A DNA stretch of 64,000 nucleotides from Azolla caroliniana (lineage: Eukaryota; Plantae; Polypodiophyta): the NCBI GenBank assembly GCA_043228905.1, contig JBHGNT010000018.1, forward strand, positions 15,314,001 through 15,378,000, given 5' to 3'. Below the pieces are notes generated by a model, which did no database searches, had not been told where the DNA came from, and saw only the letters and a program-made list of their open reading frames with translations. The position numbers were made by a program, and so were the translations under genes. Every line of letters starts with the position of its first letter. Position 1 is the stretch's first letter. Shown piece by piece: positions 1 through 12,686 of the stretch.

Positions 1-249
1 TCCATCTAACTCCACTAAAGAATAGGTTGCACTGCTTTCTATTTTCTTGACCATATACGGGCCAAACCATCGTTTTGCGAACTTTCGAGTAGTGCTATAT
101 TGATTGTCGAGACTACTATCATAGACAAGAACCCAATCTCCTTCTTCAATTTTTCTTCGTCGAAGACGGTGCTTTCTATCAAAATTCTCCTTGTTCTTCA
201 ATCGAGCTTGGCGCAACCGTTCTATTGCCAACTCGACATCTTCGGGCCT

Positions 250-3200
250 TCATTCTAATTGTTGAATCCTCGTGGCTAGCAAGTCTTCCCGACTCATTTC
301 CTCTTGCCATGGCAAAGACGTCCACAAAACAACACTTTGCTCAATAGGCATTATTGGTTTTTGTCCTAATATGAGTTTGGCTATCTGCCCACAATGCATA
401 AGGTAGTAATCGTGGCCAATTTCCCATTTTGCCTTCGCTAGAGCTTTTACAATTGGACTATGTCCTCGTTCTACCTTCCCATTTGCGTCCGGATTGTATG
501 CCATGGTGAGTGATAATTTGACGCCTATTCTTGAAAAGAACTCTTTAGCTTCATTCGCATCTAATTCTCCTCTATCGGCCATTATTTTGCCGACGCATCT
601 GTATCGACAAATAACATCTTCAAGGAGAAACCTACAAACCGCCGAAGTTGTTTTATTCCTTGGCGCCCGTCCTTCTACTTGGTTGGTGAGATCCTCTCTT
701 GCTAGCACGAGATATTTCATTTGCCCCAATCCCATTGGCATAACCACTATGTCTACCAACCACTTATAGTGCATTGATAATGGATATGTTGGATGAAGTT
801 CATCCCTATGTTGAATATTCGAGTATAATTGGCATTGCTCACATGTTTCAACATAGCTTGCTACATCTTTGTAAACACCCGGCCACCAATACTTCTCCTT
901 GAGCTTTGCAAATGTTGCCCATATACCACGATGACCTGCCCACACACTATCATGAAATTCAGCAATTAGTGTTTGTTGATCCTGTTTCTTGCACACCACT
1001 CGAAGTGGAGTTCCATTCTTCTTCTTCAGAAACTTCCATAGATGTCCTTCTTTGAGGAAGAACTTGTAGGCCTTCTTCCTAATTCGGTAGAAGTCTTCCT
1101 TTGACCATGATTCATCTTTTGTAAGAGAGCTTAAGTATTTGCCAATTTCGATGAATTCACCCTCATAATCTTCTACTTTGAACACTGCTAGCACCCGAGC
1201 ACAAGAAACCGTAAAGAAGTTTAGGCCAACATCCTCTTCGTCGGAGTGCAAATCTTCTTCACCCTGATACCTCGCCCTTGACAACATATCGGCCACCACA
1301 TTATGCTTCCCATTTATATGCCGAATCTCGGGGTTGAGGGACTTGATATAGGCAATCCATCGCAGCATAGCAATATCCGGTGTAGCACAACCGAATATCA
1401 TTCCGAGAATAGGTAGACAGTCAATTTCGATTATGACCTCTGTTCCTATAAGGTAGTCACGGTCGGTTTTAACTGCGGATAGTATTCCCCATAGCTCTCT
1501 CTTTACTTGAGCATACTTCCTTTGTCTTTCGGTTAACACCTTCGCATCGAATCGGATTGCATACCGATTCTTTTCTTTGTCTTCTTGGTTTATCACCCAT
1601 CCAATTCCGGTTGGGCTCGTATCCACCATCACATATATTGGGGTACCATCGGTGTAGTCGGCTTTGCGCAGTGCTGGAGCTTCCAATAATAGTTTCTTTA
1701 GCTTTTGAATCGCGTAGGTATGCTCATCTTCCCATTCAAACTTCTTCCTTTTCTTTAATAGTCCATACAATGGTTCAACGACATGGGCATAATGTGGAAT
1801 CCATATGTGATAGAATGCACATGCTCCCAAGAATCTTCGCACCTCCGTTTGAGACACACATTCTTCTTTCATCTCTTGAATAGCGTTCACCTTGGATGGA
1901 GATGGCTTTCGGCCATAAGACCCACATAAGTGTCCTACTACCAATATTTCTGGTTGACCGAATGCAGACTTCTCTCCCGAAAACGTGAGATTCGCATCCT
2001 CAAGCTTTTGCAACACCTTCTCGCTATCCTTTATATGATCGATGATGAATCTTCGGCAACCATCATCATCTTTCGATTCATCTTTTTCTTCCACCAAGCA
2101 TCCTTTCATTGGAATGTCGTCTAAGAAGGGCATTGTGATATCAGGGGTACAATCCCTCAACACTTTGTTCATGGCATTCACCATGTGGGCTACGGAATTT
2201 TTCGCACCTTGGGGTAAGGTGCACATCCTTACCAACCCGATCGGCGTCCTCATTGTCGTTATATCTCTACTATCGACAGCAAATGGAAACCGATCATAAC
2301 CCGAGTAGAGATCACCAATGGAATAGATCGATCTTCCCGCGAAGGCTTCGGCAAATTCATTCACGCTTGGACCAATTCCGGCATTTCGGATCGTCACCTT
2401 GTTGACGGGTTGGAAATCTTCTATAAAGCGTAAGGACCCATTCTTCTTCGGCACTGTAAACCATCTATTAGAGTAGGGAGCATTGGATGGCTCAAGAATT
2501 CCCATCCTAACCTTTTCCTTTAGAAGCTCAATCAAATTTGGAATGTGAGCTCTTGGAACCAGTATCGGCTTGAGGTTCCAAGGTACATGCGGCACCGTAA
2601 AAATCACCATCGGCTCTATCATCTTCGGGTCGGCACATCTAATCTCTTGTGGAGAGAAGCCAAAGGCTTTCCCATGTCTCTCAAGCATTCTGCGGAACAT
2701 TCTCTCCTCTTCGGGGAGAAGGAAATCTTCCCTTCCAACTTGTAGCTTTCCTTTCGTCTCTTTGGTGAAGACATGACCTATTGCCTTTGGATCCCTTAAG
2801 CTCGGATCATTGGCAACTTCTTTCATCTTCTGCCAGCTATCTTCCGGTAGCGGAACCGCAACTGGCTTGATCTTCTTATCCACCATTTTATATTTTTTGT
2901 TGACTTCAGCTTCCTCCATCAAGATGCCTCGATGATATTCATCGATGATAGCGTACATGTTGACGGAGTTAACCGAAATCACATTTTGATCGTGAGGGTA
3001 GCTCAATTCCACGACTTCCTCGATTTCACCGATGGTGTCGTTAAATGAGGCTTCCTCTAGAATATGAGACACGAATTCTTCTTCTTCGATTATGCTTTCT
3101 TCTTTTAGCATCTTCTCGAAGTCTTGTATATAACGCTTGTCCTTCTTGTTGAGTAGTGTTAGTTTACATGCGACACTAGGTGTCACACATGTTGCTTCTC

Positions 3201-3290
3201 CTTGCGATCCAGTTATTTCGCTTCCTTGTGGGGACTTATTATTGTTTGGACTATTTGACCCCACGCTTCAATAGTCCGCTCTAAAAATCC
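250..3290 (-). pseudogene. G1 pol: RT-RNase H-integrase, frameshifted near both ends
   Basis: 1004-aa ORF with RT motifs (DLYSGY, LPQG, PFLDD), RNase H (VDTS, RELWG, VADMLSR), integrase HHCC (H..GHRG..C..C) and core (ADRGE, NGKVERGH). Integrase-like sequence continues out of frame to position 1. Confidence 0.92.
3228..3290 (-). promoter_or_regulatory. Putative -1 ribosomal frameshift signal (slippery site plus pseudoknot), G1
   Basis: G GAT TTT TAG, 6-nt spacer, stem 1 GGACTA/TAGTCC, loop GTGGGG pairing with downstream CCCCAC; same architecture in G2. Confidence 0.75.
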
Positions 3291-4891
3291 GAGGATTCGC
3301 CTCCAAGGCTATCTCGGTTCCTTTCGTGATTAGCTCGCACCGTAAGGAATTGAACAGATCTTTGATTGTCAAGGCTCTTGACTCGCACGAAGGCCGCTCC
3401 ATTATCGAACACCTTAGTCTCCATCCGGGACAACGTGATATATGGTTGTCCTAGGATGACGAGATGTGAAGCCGAGTCTTGCATGAAGAAGTGTTGATCC
3501 ATCTCCACATCTCCGATTGTGACTTTAACATTGGGGCAAGCTCCGTACAAGTCCTCCGTGGCCTTCGTTTTCGCTCGTATCTTCCATCCGTGGTTTGTGT
3601 TGATCGGCCATCTTCCTTTCTTGTAGAATTCGGTCGACATGAGGTTGATCTCCGAACCATGGTCAATCAAGGCTACCACAGTCTCCTTCTTCTCTCCGAT
3701 CTTCACCAACGTCTCCGTTGTCGCTCTTGCCCAATGAGGCCGAGAGTAATGGTTGTCCACCATCACTTCTTCTTCCTCCTCCTCTTCGGATCTTGCCATG
3801 GTTATGGCACTTATTTTCACCTCTTCTTCATCCGATTGTTGCCGCTTCCGCTTAATCAAGTCCACGATAGTATTGTGGAACTCCTTAGCAATCCCAAGTA
3901 GCTCTCTCAAAGTAAGGTCGACATGACTGTCTAAAACCTTCTCCTCAAGGACCTTCCCCAAGTTGGTTGTTTGTTCTATGTCCGACCTTAGCTTGTAAGT
4001 CGGCGCCACTCATTCCTTTCCTTTCTTCACAGATTCATCGACTTCCATCCGAGAAGGTTGGCTCGATCCATCGGGCTTCATGCTTGTTTCTCCTATCTCT
4101 TTTGGTGGCGTAGGTTGGGCTTGTCCTTCTTTCCCTGCATTCCTTGTATTGTGACGCTTTGAGGTGCCATCTTCTTCACCAGTTCTTTTCCTCTTCTCTT
4201 CAACAAGAGCCTCATAGTTGTCACACACAACCTCCGCAAAGCTTGTGTTATCGTCGACTGGATCCGACCATCCGGTTACTCGTTGCACATTCCGATCAGC
4301 ATGTTTGAGATCCTCCAAATCTATTTTTCCTTTCTTTTCACATTCGAATACCGTTGGCCAAAACCCAACTCCCGGCTTGATCGTCTTTAGATTCTCTCTT
4401 CCGACTCGTATTCCCGTCGATGCGGCGTAGTGCATGGCTTCCACATGCCTTGCATCTTCCTCTTCCACAATCTTTTTCAGCCCGCCTTGTCCGAAGTTCA
4501 CTCGTAGTGGCTTTCGGGTCTCACTCGAGTGGATCATGTTGCCGTCCAAATAGATGACATTCATGCGAATCGCATCTTGCAAGTCAGTGCACTCCCTTCG
4601 CGAGTGTTCGAAACTGTCGCACCACACACATCTATACGCTTCTTTTCCCTTCGGCCCGCATCGACCTAAGTTGGCCAGCGATACCGCTTCAAACTTCTTG
4701 GAGAGCTCTTCAATTATAGATTCCTCCATCGCTTTCTTGTCGAAATTGTTGATCGGCTTGTTAGACTCAATCGTCACAGGTGCCTTCCTCCTCCACGATT
4801 GTGGATTCTCCATATCAATTTCCTCTTGCCATTGTTGACGCTTATCAAGACGGCTACAAGCCTTCTTCACTGCCGCCCAGTCCACTACCAA
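3281..4891 (-). pseudogene. G1 gag C-terminal half plus aspartic protease (one frame, internal TGA at 4010-4012)
   Basis: Zinc knuckle CVWCDSFEHSRREC; protease ALIDHGSEINL...VILGQPY; ends DF*. Confidence 0.85.
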
Positions 4892-4900
4892 GCCATTTGG

Positions 4901-5528
4901 TGTTAGGAAACAGGTCCCTCCGGATGGGAAGTGAGAAACCGGATGACAAGTACTCGACTACGGAAGACCCGGTGAGAGCCGGATGATGGTTACCCGGTTA
5001 CGGAAGACCCGGTGAGAACCGGATGAGGTGCGCCCGGCAAGCACCGGATGATGCAGGCCCGGTGAAGAGTGCTCAACGGATGAAGAGACATATTCATAAA
5101 TATGTTTCTAAGAGTCCATCGGGGCTATATTTGTAAATAGCCGAAAAGTCATATTAGTATAAATTTGACTCAGGGCAAACTTAGTGTAAGTTGTTGTCAT
5201 TCTTGTTGGCGCAAGATTAGAGTGTGCAACTGTATACAGAGAGAGTGAGAGAGAGGAAGAGGTCGTTGCCTCTGATTGTAACCGCCGCATGTGGCGAAGA
5301 TAGCAAGCTCGAGGTCGTGGCCTCGGTGCTTTCTTATTGTACATTCTAACATAGTGATAGTTTGCGGTCTGTGGGCTGCCATGGTTTTTCCCGAGTTTGG
5401 GTTTTCCACGTAAACATCCTGTGTACTCTTCTCTCTATCGTGTTGTGTTTCATTCCCTGTTTTCTGTGTTTTATTCTAGGCTCGGTTGTGGCCAAGCGTT
5501 GTCTAAACGGAGCGTGTAGTTCCTGTCA
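4901..5528 (+). repeat. A1 5' LTR
   Basis: TGTTAGG...CCTGTCA, direct repeat of 9615-10228; internal tandem CGGAAGACCCGGTGAGAACCGGATGA units. Confidence 0.96.
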
Positions 5529-5531
5529 AAG

Positions 5532-5542
5532 TGGTATCAGAG
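5532..5542 (+). promoter_or_regulatory. A1 primer-binding site (tRNA-iMet)
   Basis: TGGTATCAGAG 3 nt after the LTR end. Confidence 0.92.
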
Positions 5543-5558
5543 AGAAACGACATAGAAG

Positions 5559-8500
5559 ATGGACGAATCGTTGGGCGGCATGTTCAAGCTTACTGGCTCC
5601 AACTATTCAATGTGGAATTCGAAGATGAGGGACATGCTCGTGGTTAAAGACCTTTGGTTGCCGGTCCAGTTCGGGGACAAGAGACCGGACAAAATTGACG
5701 CCACGATATGGGAGGTGATGCACATGAAGACAATGGCGTACATACGGTGCTTCATCGACATGAGCCTGTACAACAACTTCAATGAAGAGATCAAGGCTCA
5801 TGAGCTCTGGGAGAAGATCAGCATTATGTTTCAAAACAAAAATGTTGTTAATCAGGTTTCGGTATTTCGGAAGCTAGTAAGACTCCGGTACCAAGATGGC
5901 TCCGGCATGGCGGAGCACATGAATGCCTTCCAGGGGCTGATCCACCAAGCAACATCATTGGAAGTACCTCTTGCCGATGAGGTACTAGCACTACTCCTGC
6001 TTGGTTCCCTCCCAGATAGCTGGGAGACGTTGGTTGTCACTTTGGGCAACACCGGACCAGAAGGGAAACGGTTATCCCTAGCAAGAGTGAAGTCGAGCTT
6101 GCTAGATGAGGAGGCGCGTCGGAAAGATAAGGATACGAGCTCCGACCCCAAAGCACTCCTTACCGAATCAGAACGCGGAAGACATAGAAACTGTAGTCCC
6201 CAGAACCGGGAAAAGTCGGGGACACGGTCAAAGTCAAGGGGGAGGCCTACTGGCTTCTATTGCGGCAAGCCGGGACACTTCTAGAACAACTATCGGCATT
6301 TCCGGAAAGACAAGGAAACGGACGGTACCGATTCGAAGCGGACACCGGACCGGAACGGTAAAGACCGGAGGGGGCCGAACCAGAAGGGAATGACGGCAAT
6401 CGCGGCAAGTGAAGAAGAGTTGATGCTCATCACCGAGGAGAGTGAGATAAACCTTGCTGGCGATGAGATGACTTGGGTGGTCGACTCCGGAGCGTCGTTC
6501 CACCTTACCCCGGACCGGAAATGCTTCTCATCCTACTCAGTCGGTGATCACGACTGTGTCCGGATGGGGAATGAAGGTGCATGCCGAATTGTCGGCATAG
6601 GAGACGTGTGGTTGACAACACCAACCGGATGCAAGCTGTTGTTGAAGGATGTCCGACACGTTCCGGAGGTTCGTCTGAACCTGATATCAGCCGGTCGGCT
6701 AGATGATGAAGGCTACACAAGTAGCATCCGGAATGGTGTTATGAAGTTCAGCAAAGGGAGCCTGATTGTGGCTCGGGCCCGGAAGGTCAACACGTTGTAC
6801 CTGATGAATGCCCGGTTATGCCCGGAAGAAGTGAACGTAGCATCCGACACTGCCGGTGAGTTGTGGCACAGGAGACTGTGCCACATGAGCGAGAAGGGGA
6901 TGAAGAGGCTTGCAAAAGACAACCTCATTCCAGTGAAGAACGTGCACTTGGAGAAGTGCACTGATTGTCTGGCCGGTAAACAAAACCGGACCTCCTTCCG
7001 ATCGAGGCCACCGATGAGACGTAATGCACCACTGGAGTTGGTGCATACTCATGTATGTCAAGTGCATACGAAGTCACATGCCGGATCGCAGTACTTCGTG
7101 ACGTTCATAGATGACCACAGCCGGAGGCTGTGGGCCACACCGTTGAAGACGAAGGATCAGGTGCTATCCGTCTTCAAAGAGCTCCACGCGAGAGTGGAAA
7201 GAGAAACCGGCCGGAAGCTGAAGGCGGTTCGAGCAGATAACGGAGGTGAATACCGGGGGCGGTTCGAGGAGTACTGTCGCTTGAAGGGAATCCGGCTCGA
7301 ATTTACCGTGCCGAAGACGCCGGAACTAAACGGGCTGGCCGAGAGGATGAACCGGACCATAATGGAGAGGGTCCAGAGTATGTTGGCGCATGCAAAACTA
7401 CCCAAGAAGTTTTGAGTTGAGGCACTGTCGACGGCGACATATGTGATAGATAGATCACCCTCAGTACCCTTGGACGGAGACACGCCACAGTGAGTCTAGA
7501 CCGGTAAGGAAGTGTCCTACCGGCATCTGAAGGTATTCGGGTGTCTCGCATACGTGCATGTAGCTAAGGACCGGAGAGGAAAGTTAGATCCAAAGACCCG
7601 GCCATGCATATTCCTCAATTACGGCGACGATGAGTTCGGCTACCGAGTGTGGGACATGGTCGACAAGAAGGTATTCTGGAGTCGAGATATTATCTTCATG
7701 GAGGACAAGACGCTCGCCAACTGGGAGTCGGAGAAGAAGATAATGAACTCCGAGTCGACCGGTAAGGATCGATTCTACGATGAGCAGACCCAACCGGCAA
7801 GAGACCGGTTAGCACTCGAGGAACCAGCCGGTTACGGTGAGGATACTGAACCGGCAGAAGAAGAAGTAGAGGAAGCTGAAACCGGAACCGGCCTAGACCC
7901 CGAATCGAATTCGGATGAAGATCAAATAGAGGAGCCAGTTGCCGAAAGCCAAAGACGGAGATATCCTCTCAAAGAGAGAAGGGTCCCCCAAAGATTTCCA
8001 TATTCAGAGCATGTGTTGTTGACCAATGAGGGAGAGCCGGAAAGCTTCGAAGAAGCGAAGGATGATGCCCACAACCGCAAATGGTTAAGTGCCATGCAGG
8101 ATGAGATGGATTCCCTGCATAAGAACCATACGTACGAATTGGTGGAGTTGCCAAAAGGAAAGCGGGCACTCCGAAACAAGTGGGTGTACAAGTTGAAACC
8201 GGGAGATGCCGGCAACCCCCCGAGATACAAAGCCAGGATCGTGGTGAAGGGGTTCCAACAGAAGAAGGGCGTGGACTTCGACGAGATATTTGCCCCGGTA
8301 GTAAAGATGACCTCCATCCGAACGGTGTTGAGTATAGCGGCAAGCATGGACTCGAGGTAGAGCAGCTAGACGTGAAGACGGCATTCCTTCATGGTGACCT
8401 CGAAGAGGAGATCTACATGCAGCAACCGGAAGGATTCTTGGAGAAAAGGAAGGAGCGCCTGGTATGCCGGTTGAAGAAGAGTCTGTACGGACTAAAGCAG

Positions 8501-9604
8501 GCTCCCCGACAATGGTACAGGAAGTTCGATTCCTTCATGACCGATCAAGGGTACCACAAGACGCAGGCTGATCACTATGTGTTTGTGAAGAAGTTCGAAG
8601 GAGGCGACTTCCTAATACTCCTTCTGTACGTGGACGACATGTTGATCGTCGGACGGAACCAAGCCCGAATACGGCTGTTGAAGAAGGCTCTCAACAGGAC
8701 CTTCTCAATGAAAGACTTGGGTCCGGCAAGACAGATGTTGGGGATGCACATCATCTGGGACCGGTCAAAGAAGCAATTGTGGCTGTCACAGGAGAAATAC
8801 GTGACAAAGGTGCTTCAGCGGTTCAACATGTTAGATGCGAAACCGGTCGGATCGACACTTCCGGCAAACTGTAGATTATCCAGTAAGCAAAGCCCGAAGA
8901 CGAAAGCAGAGAAGGCTGATATGATGAAGGTTCCATATGTCTCTGCCGTCGGGAGCTTGATGTACGCAATGGTGTGTACCCGACCGGATATAGGCTACGC
9001 AGTCGGAGTGGTGAGCCGGTTTATGAGCAATCCCGGCAAGGAGCACTGGAACGCGGTCAAATGGATACTCCGGTACTTGAAGGGCACTTCGGACATGTGT
9101 CTCCGATTTGGTTCCGGCAAACCTCAACTTGACGGTTTTACCGATTCGGACATGTCAGCTGATGTGGATACCAGTCGGTCTACATCCGGGCATGTAATGA
9201 CATATGCAGGGGGAGCTGTTTTGTGGCAATCGAGGCTGTAGAAGATGGTTGCGTTGTCAACCACGGAGGCGGAGTACATGGTGGTTGTGGAAGCCGGTAA
9301 GGAAATATTATGGATGAAGGACTTCATCGGAGAGCTCGGTATCCAGCAAGATGAATATCGGCTCTATTGCGACAGTCAAAGTGCCATCCACCTTGCTAAG
9401 AATGCGGCCTACCATTCCCGGACGAAGCATATCCAGCGAAGGTATCACTGGATCCGGGACAGAGTAGATGACCAGGATTTCGCGCTGACGAAGATCCACA
9501 CGGCCGAGAACGGGTCAGATATGCTTACCAAAGTACTGATACCCGACAAGTTGGATGCATGCCGGAAGCGTATCGGACTAGTAAGACATCCCATGCCGGA
9601 GTGA
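5559..9604 (+). pseudogene. A1 gag-pol polyprotein (gag-PR-IN-RT-RH) with several stops and a frameshift
   Basis: WVVDSGAS protease, LWHRRLCH/C..C, RADNGGEY, NGLAERMNRT, YVDDML, ALSTTEAEY; stops at 6282, 7413 and 9239, frameshift near 8350. Confidence 0.95.
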
Positions 9605-10228
9605 AGGGGGAGTTTGTTAGGAAACAGGTCCCTCCGGATGGGAAGTGAGAAACCGGATGACAAGTACCCGGCTACGGAAGACCCGGTGAGAACCGGATGA
9701 CGGAAGACCCGGTGAGAACCAGATGAGGTGTGCCCAGCAAGCGTCGGATGATGCAAGCCCGGTGAGGAGTTCTCACTGGATGAAGAGACATATTCGTAAA
9801 TATGTTTCTAAGAGTCCATCGGGGCTATATTTGTAAATAGCCGAAAAGTCATATTAGTATAAATTTGACTTAGGGCAAACTTAGTGTAAGTTGTTGTCAT
9901 TCTTGTTGGCGCAAGATTAGAGTGTGCAACTGTGTACAGAGAGAGTGAGAGAGAGGAAGAGGTCGTTGCCTCTGATTGTAACCGCCGCCTGTGGCGAAGA
10001 TAGCAAGCTCAAGGTCGTGGCCTCGGTGCTTTCTTATTGTACATTCTGACATAGTGATAGTTTGCGGTCTGTGGGCTGTCGTGGTTTTTCCCGAGTTTGG
10101 GTTTTCCACATAAACATCCTGTGTACTCTTCTCTCTATCGTGTTGTGTTTCATTCCATGTTTTCTGTGTTTTATTCTAGGCTCGGTTGTGGCCGAGCGTT
10201 GTTTAAACGGAGCGTGTAGTTCCTGTCA
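9603..10228 (+). repeat. A1 PPT (GAAGGGGGAG) and 3' LTR (9615-10228)
   Basis: Polypurine tract immediately before the TGTTAGG repeat. Confidence 0.95.
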
Positions 10229-10233
10229 TTTGG

Positions 10234-10793
10234 TTGTGTTTCATCCTCCAAAAAGTTACCCAATTCACACCAACCTTTCGCATCCACTACCTTCAGGAAT
10301 AGCAGAACTTTATCTCCATCGAGAACTCGTTGATCAACACTCGTAAGTCAGTTATACTTTTGGTCGAATTCGGCATATACTCCAAACGCACACATATTCT
10401 TCCCTTTCTTCTCGATCCAAGACATTAGCGTATGTCGAGTCATCCACGATGCGTCTTCAAGCATGTATTCGGCGAGAAGCGCCATTTCGAACTCCGCCCA
10501 AGTTGCATGCTCGCTTTGGATCTCCATGATGCGCTCGCGGATCCGTGGTTCCACCACACGTTTGAAGCTAGAAATTTGTTTGAGATCGTTGACATCCCTT
10601 TGTTGCATCTCGTTCCGATAGGTAGCAAGAAAATCCGTGATGTTATGCCACCAAATCGTCCAGCTATCTCAACCAAACGATCAACTGCTTTGTCGATTAA
10701 AGCTTCTCCATCTCTCACCTTCAGCGTTTATTCCACTACGGACACCATACATTTCGTTAATTCCTCTCCTTGAGTTCCGCTTGTTGAAGCCAT
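10234..10793 (-). pseudogene. G1 gag N-terminal part
   Basis: Fragments (AVDRLVEIAGRFGG, TWAEFE..LLAEY) resemble G2 gag (AIEAVVGTIGRFSG, TWEEFE); continues across the A1 TSD. Confidence 0.75.
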
Positions 10794-10824
10794 TGCTGCA
10801 CTTGATATCCTTCCTACCGCCTCT

Positions 10825-10842
10825 TTCACGCCAAGTTCACCA
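10825..10842 (-). promoter_or_regulatory. G1 PBS, degenerate tRNA-Trp type
   Basis: Plus strand TTCACGCCAAGTTCACCA versus G2 TTCACGTCGGGTTCACCA. Confidence 0.7.
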
Positions 10843-10850
10843 CTTAATTA

Positions 10851-11799
10851 TGTCGTGAAAATCCGTCACTATGTGCGGATCATGCGACGGAACCGCCGGG
10901 GTTCTGGACTAGAAGGATTTAGTGCAACACGTACAACACAAGCAAGCTTTAAGCATAAGACAAGTGAGAGAGACAAATCATTAGTTTATTGCAAAGAAAA
11001 TCGATTCTTTATAATTTCAGAATCGTGTTACAATGCGTTGGGTATGGAAATGAGAGATTAATTTTTCAAAGAAAGGAGCCAACAACCATGCAAGGAGTGG
11101 TCCGATATGAATACGAGAGATAATTTTTGACCAGAAAGATCGAGTAAACAAAGCTAGGAGTTTGATATCAATATGTGAGAAAATTTGTTTCTCGAATTCG
11201 AGAGGAAAGAAGAAAAAAGGGAAAAAATGGGACATATATCGAGCTCCTCGTTGATCCTCCTCCCCAATGTTACTTTGCATGCCCACTTTTAGTTGGATGG
11301 CCTCTGCTTTTAGTTGCATGCTTCCATTTTTAGATGCATGCCTTTTACTTTTAGTTGCATGGCCTTGGCTTTTGGTTGCATGCGATTGTCTGTATAATTC
11401 GGCCAAATGACACAATCATCCATAAAGTTTAGCCCGTGCGCAATCCGTACGTGCGTCACAACCAAACCGTAGACGCGTCCGCGCGCAAAAGTCCCGACCG
11501 CGTAGTAGTGTACGCATCCACGCATGCGCGCGTCCCGACCACGCCGTAGTGTACGCATCCACGCGCGCGCGCGTTTAACCCACATCGTGTACACATCCGC
11601 ACGCAAAAAGCTCGACCACACCATAGTGTACGCATCGCATCCGCACGCTTGTCCGCGCATACGCGTCCGTCCGAAACGTTCACGCGTACGCCCGAAACTT
11701 GCACACGCGCGTACATCCGAAGACGTCTATGCGCGTGTACATTTGAAAACGTCAACACAGCCATGCACACACGCGTACATCCGAAGCGTGCACACCACA
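10851..11799 (-). repeat. Probable G1 5' LTR with ~21-bp TTTTAGTTGCATG repeats (11275-11385) and a CG/ACGCG-rich repetitive U3 (11430-11799)
   Basis: Starts TG beside the PBS; distal end unverified. Confidence 0.55.
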
Positions 11800-12114
11800 T
11801 AGTGAAGCCCAAGTCACCTTGAACATTCTATGCTCCACACATTGATAAAATGAATATGTTTTGGTTTCCCTTAAATATTCTGGGTTCCAATGTTGTCCTA
11901 TCTATGTGGGATATCTCACAGTTTTGTCTTTTCTTTTCTTTTTTTCAAACTTTACACTCATATAACTTGATACTTATTTATCCGTTTTATGCGTAGTAAA
12001 ATACGCTATGAAGCTCTTGGACACATCTATCTTTCCATATCCATATATTAAGCTAATCCTAAATAATTATTTTACTAGTTTTTATATCGTCTATGAAAAA
12101 CCACACGCAATGTG

Positions 12115-12638
12115 CGGACTAAGCATGTCGAAGTGCACTACCACCTCATCCGTAAACGCGTGCAGGCCAGAGATATAGACTTACACCACATCAGCACGAA
12201 TCTACAAGTAGCGAACATTTTCACGAAAGCCTTGGGTATCAACAAGTTGCGGTAGTTCATGTCGAACCTTGGCCGATCTATTCCCGACCAGCTGAGCTTG
12301 AGGGGGAGTACAAAACAGTGAATCAATCGATTGATTGAAGCCAAACAAGGAGTACGCAACCGAAAAGTCGAAAAATTGAAGTTCGAAGCGTTTTGAAGAC
12401 CGATCGGAAACAGTTTTTCGATATCTGAAAGTTGTGTTCGAAGGGGCGTGTTGAGAATCGAACTCAACTTCCCATAGAAATAGGTTTCACACTAGCTCAT
12501 GGACATACAAGGGTAGTTTTGTAAATAGTAGAAAGGGCCCTTGCCCTAGTTTAGTTGGTATTTAAACGAACCTTTTGTAACTTTGTTACTGTTGGAAGTA
12601 ATACATAGTTTTCTCATCTTAAGGTTCTCATAAGTGCT

Positions 12639-12669
<31 letters not shown>

Positions 12670-12686
12670 TCCTACAACTGCATACA
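12115..12686 (+). mobile_element. 3' fragment of a family-C-like Copia: RNase H end, doubled PPT, short LTR (12449-~12686)
   Basis: RTKHVEVHYH..ERVQ; GAGGGGGAG near 12300 and GAAGGGGCG at 12440; LTR begins TGTTGAGAATC as at 34014 and 43507. Confidence 0.75.

Larger units (their letters stand above)
4901..10228 (+). mobile_element. Full-length Ty1/Copia element A1 (Tnt1/Tork-like) inserted in G1 gag
   Basis: LTRs 4901-5528 and 9615-10228 (TG..CA, about 25 substitutions plus a 14-bp indel by eye); perfect 5-bp TSD TTTGG (4896-4900, 10229-10233); PBS and PPT present. Confidence 0.97.
1..11799 (-). mobile_element. Ty3/Gypsy LTR retrotransposon G1 (non-chromovirus type, degenerate), runs off the window start; interrupted by Copia A1
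   Basis: Minus-strand gag (CCHC)-PR-RT-RH-IN order; LTR boundary TGTCGTG at 10851 next to a degenerate tRNA-Trp PBS. The distal LTR end (11799) is a guess because the partner LTR lies outside the window. Confidence 0.85.

Noticed and set aside
4010-4012. In-frame TGA between G1 gag and protease as programmed readthrough
   Set aside because: Not present at the equivalent position in G2; most simply a CGA-to-TGA decay mutation.
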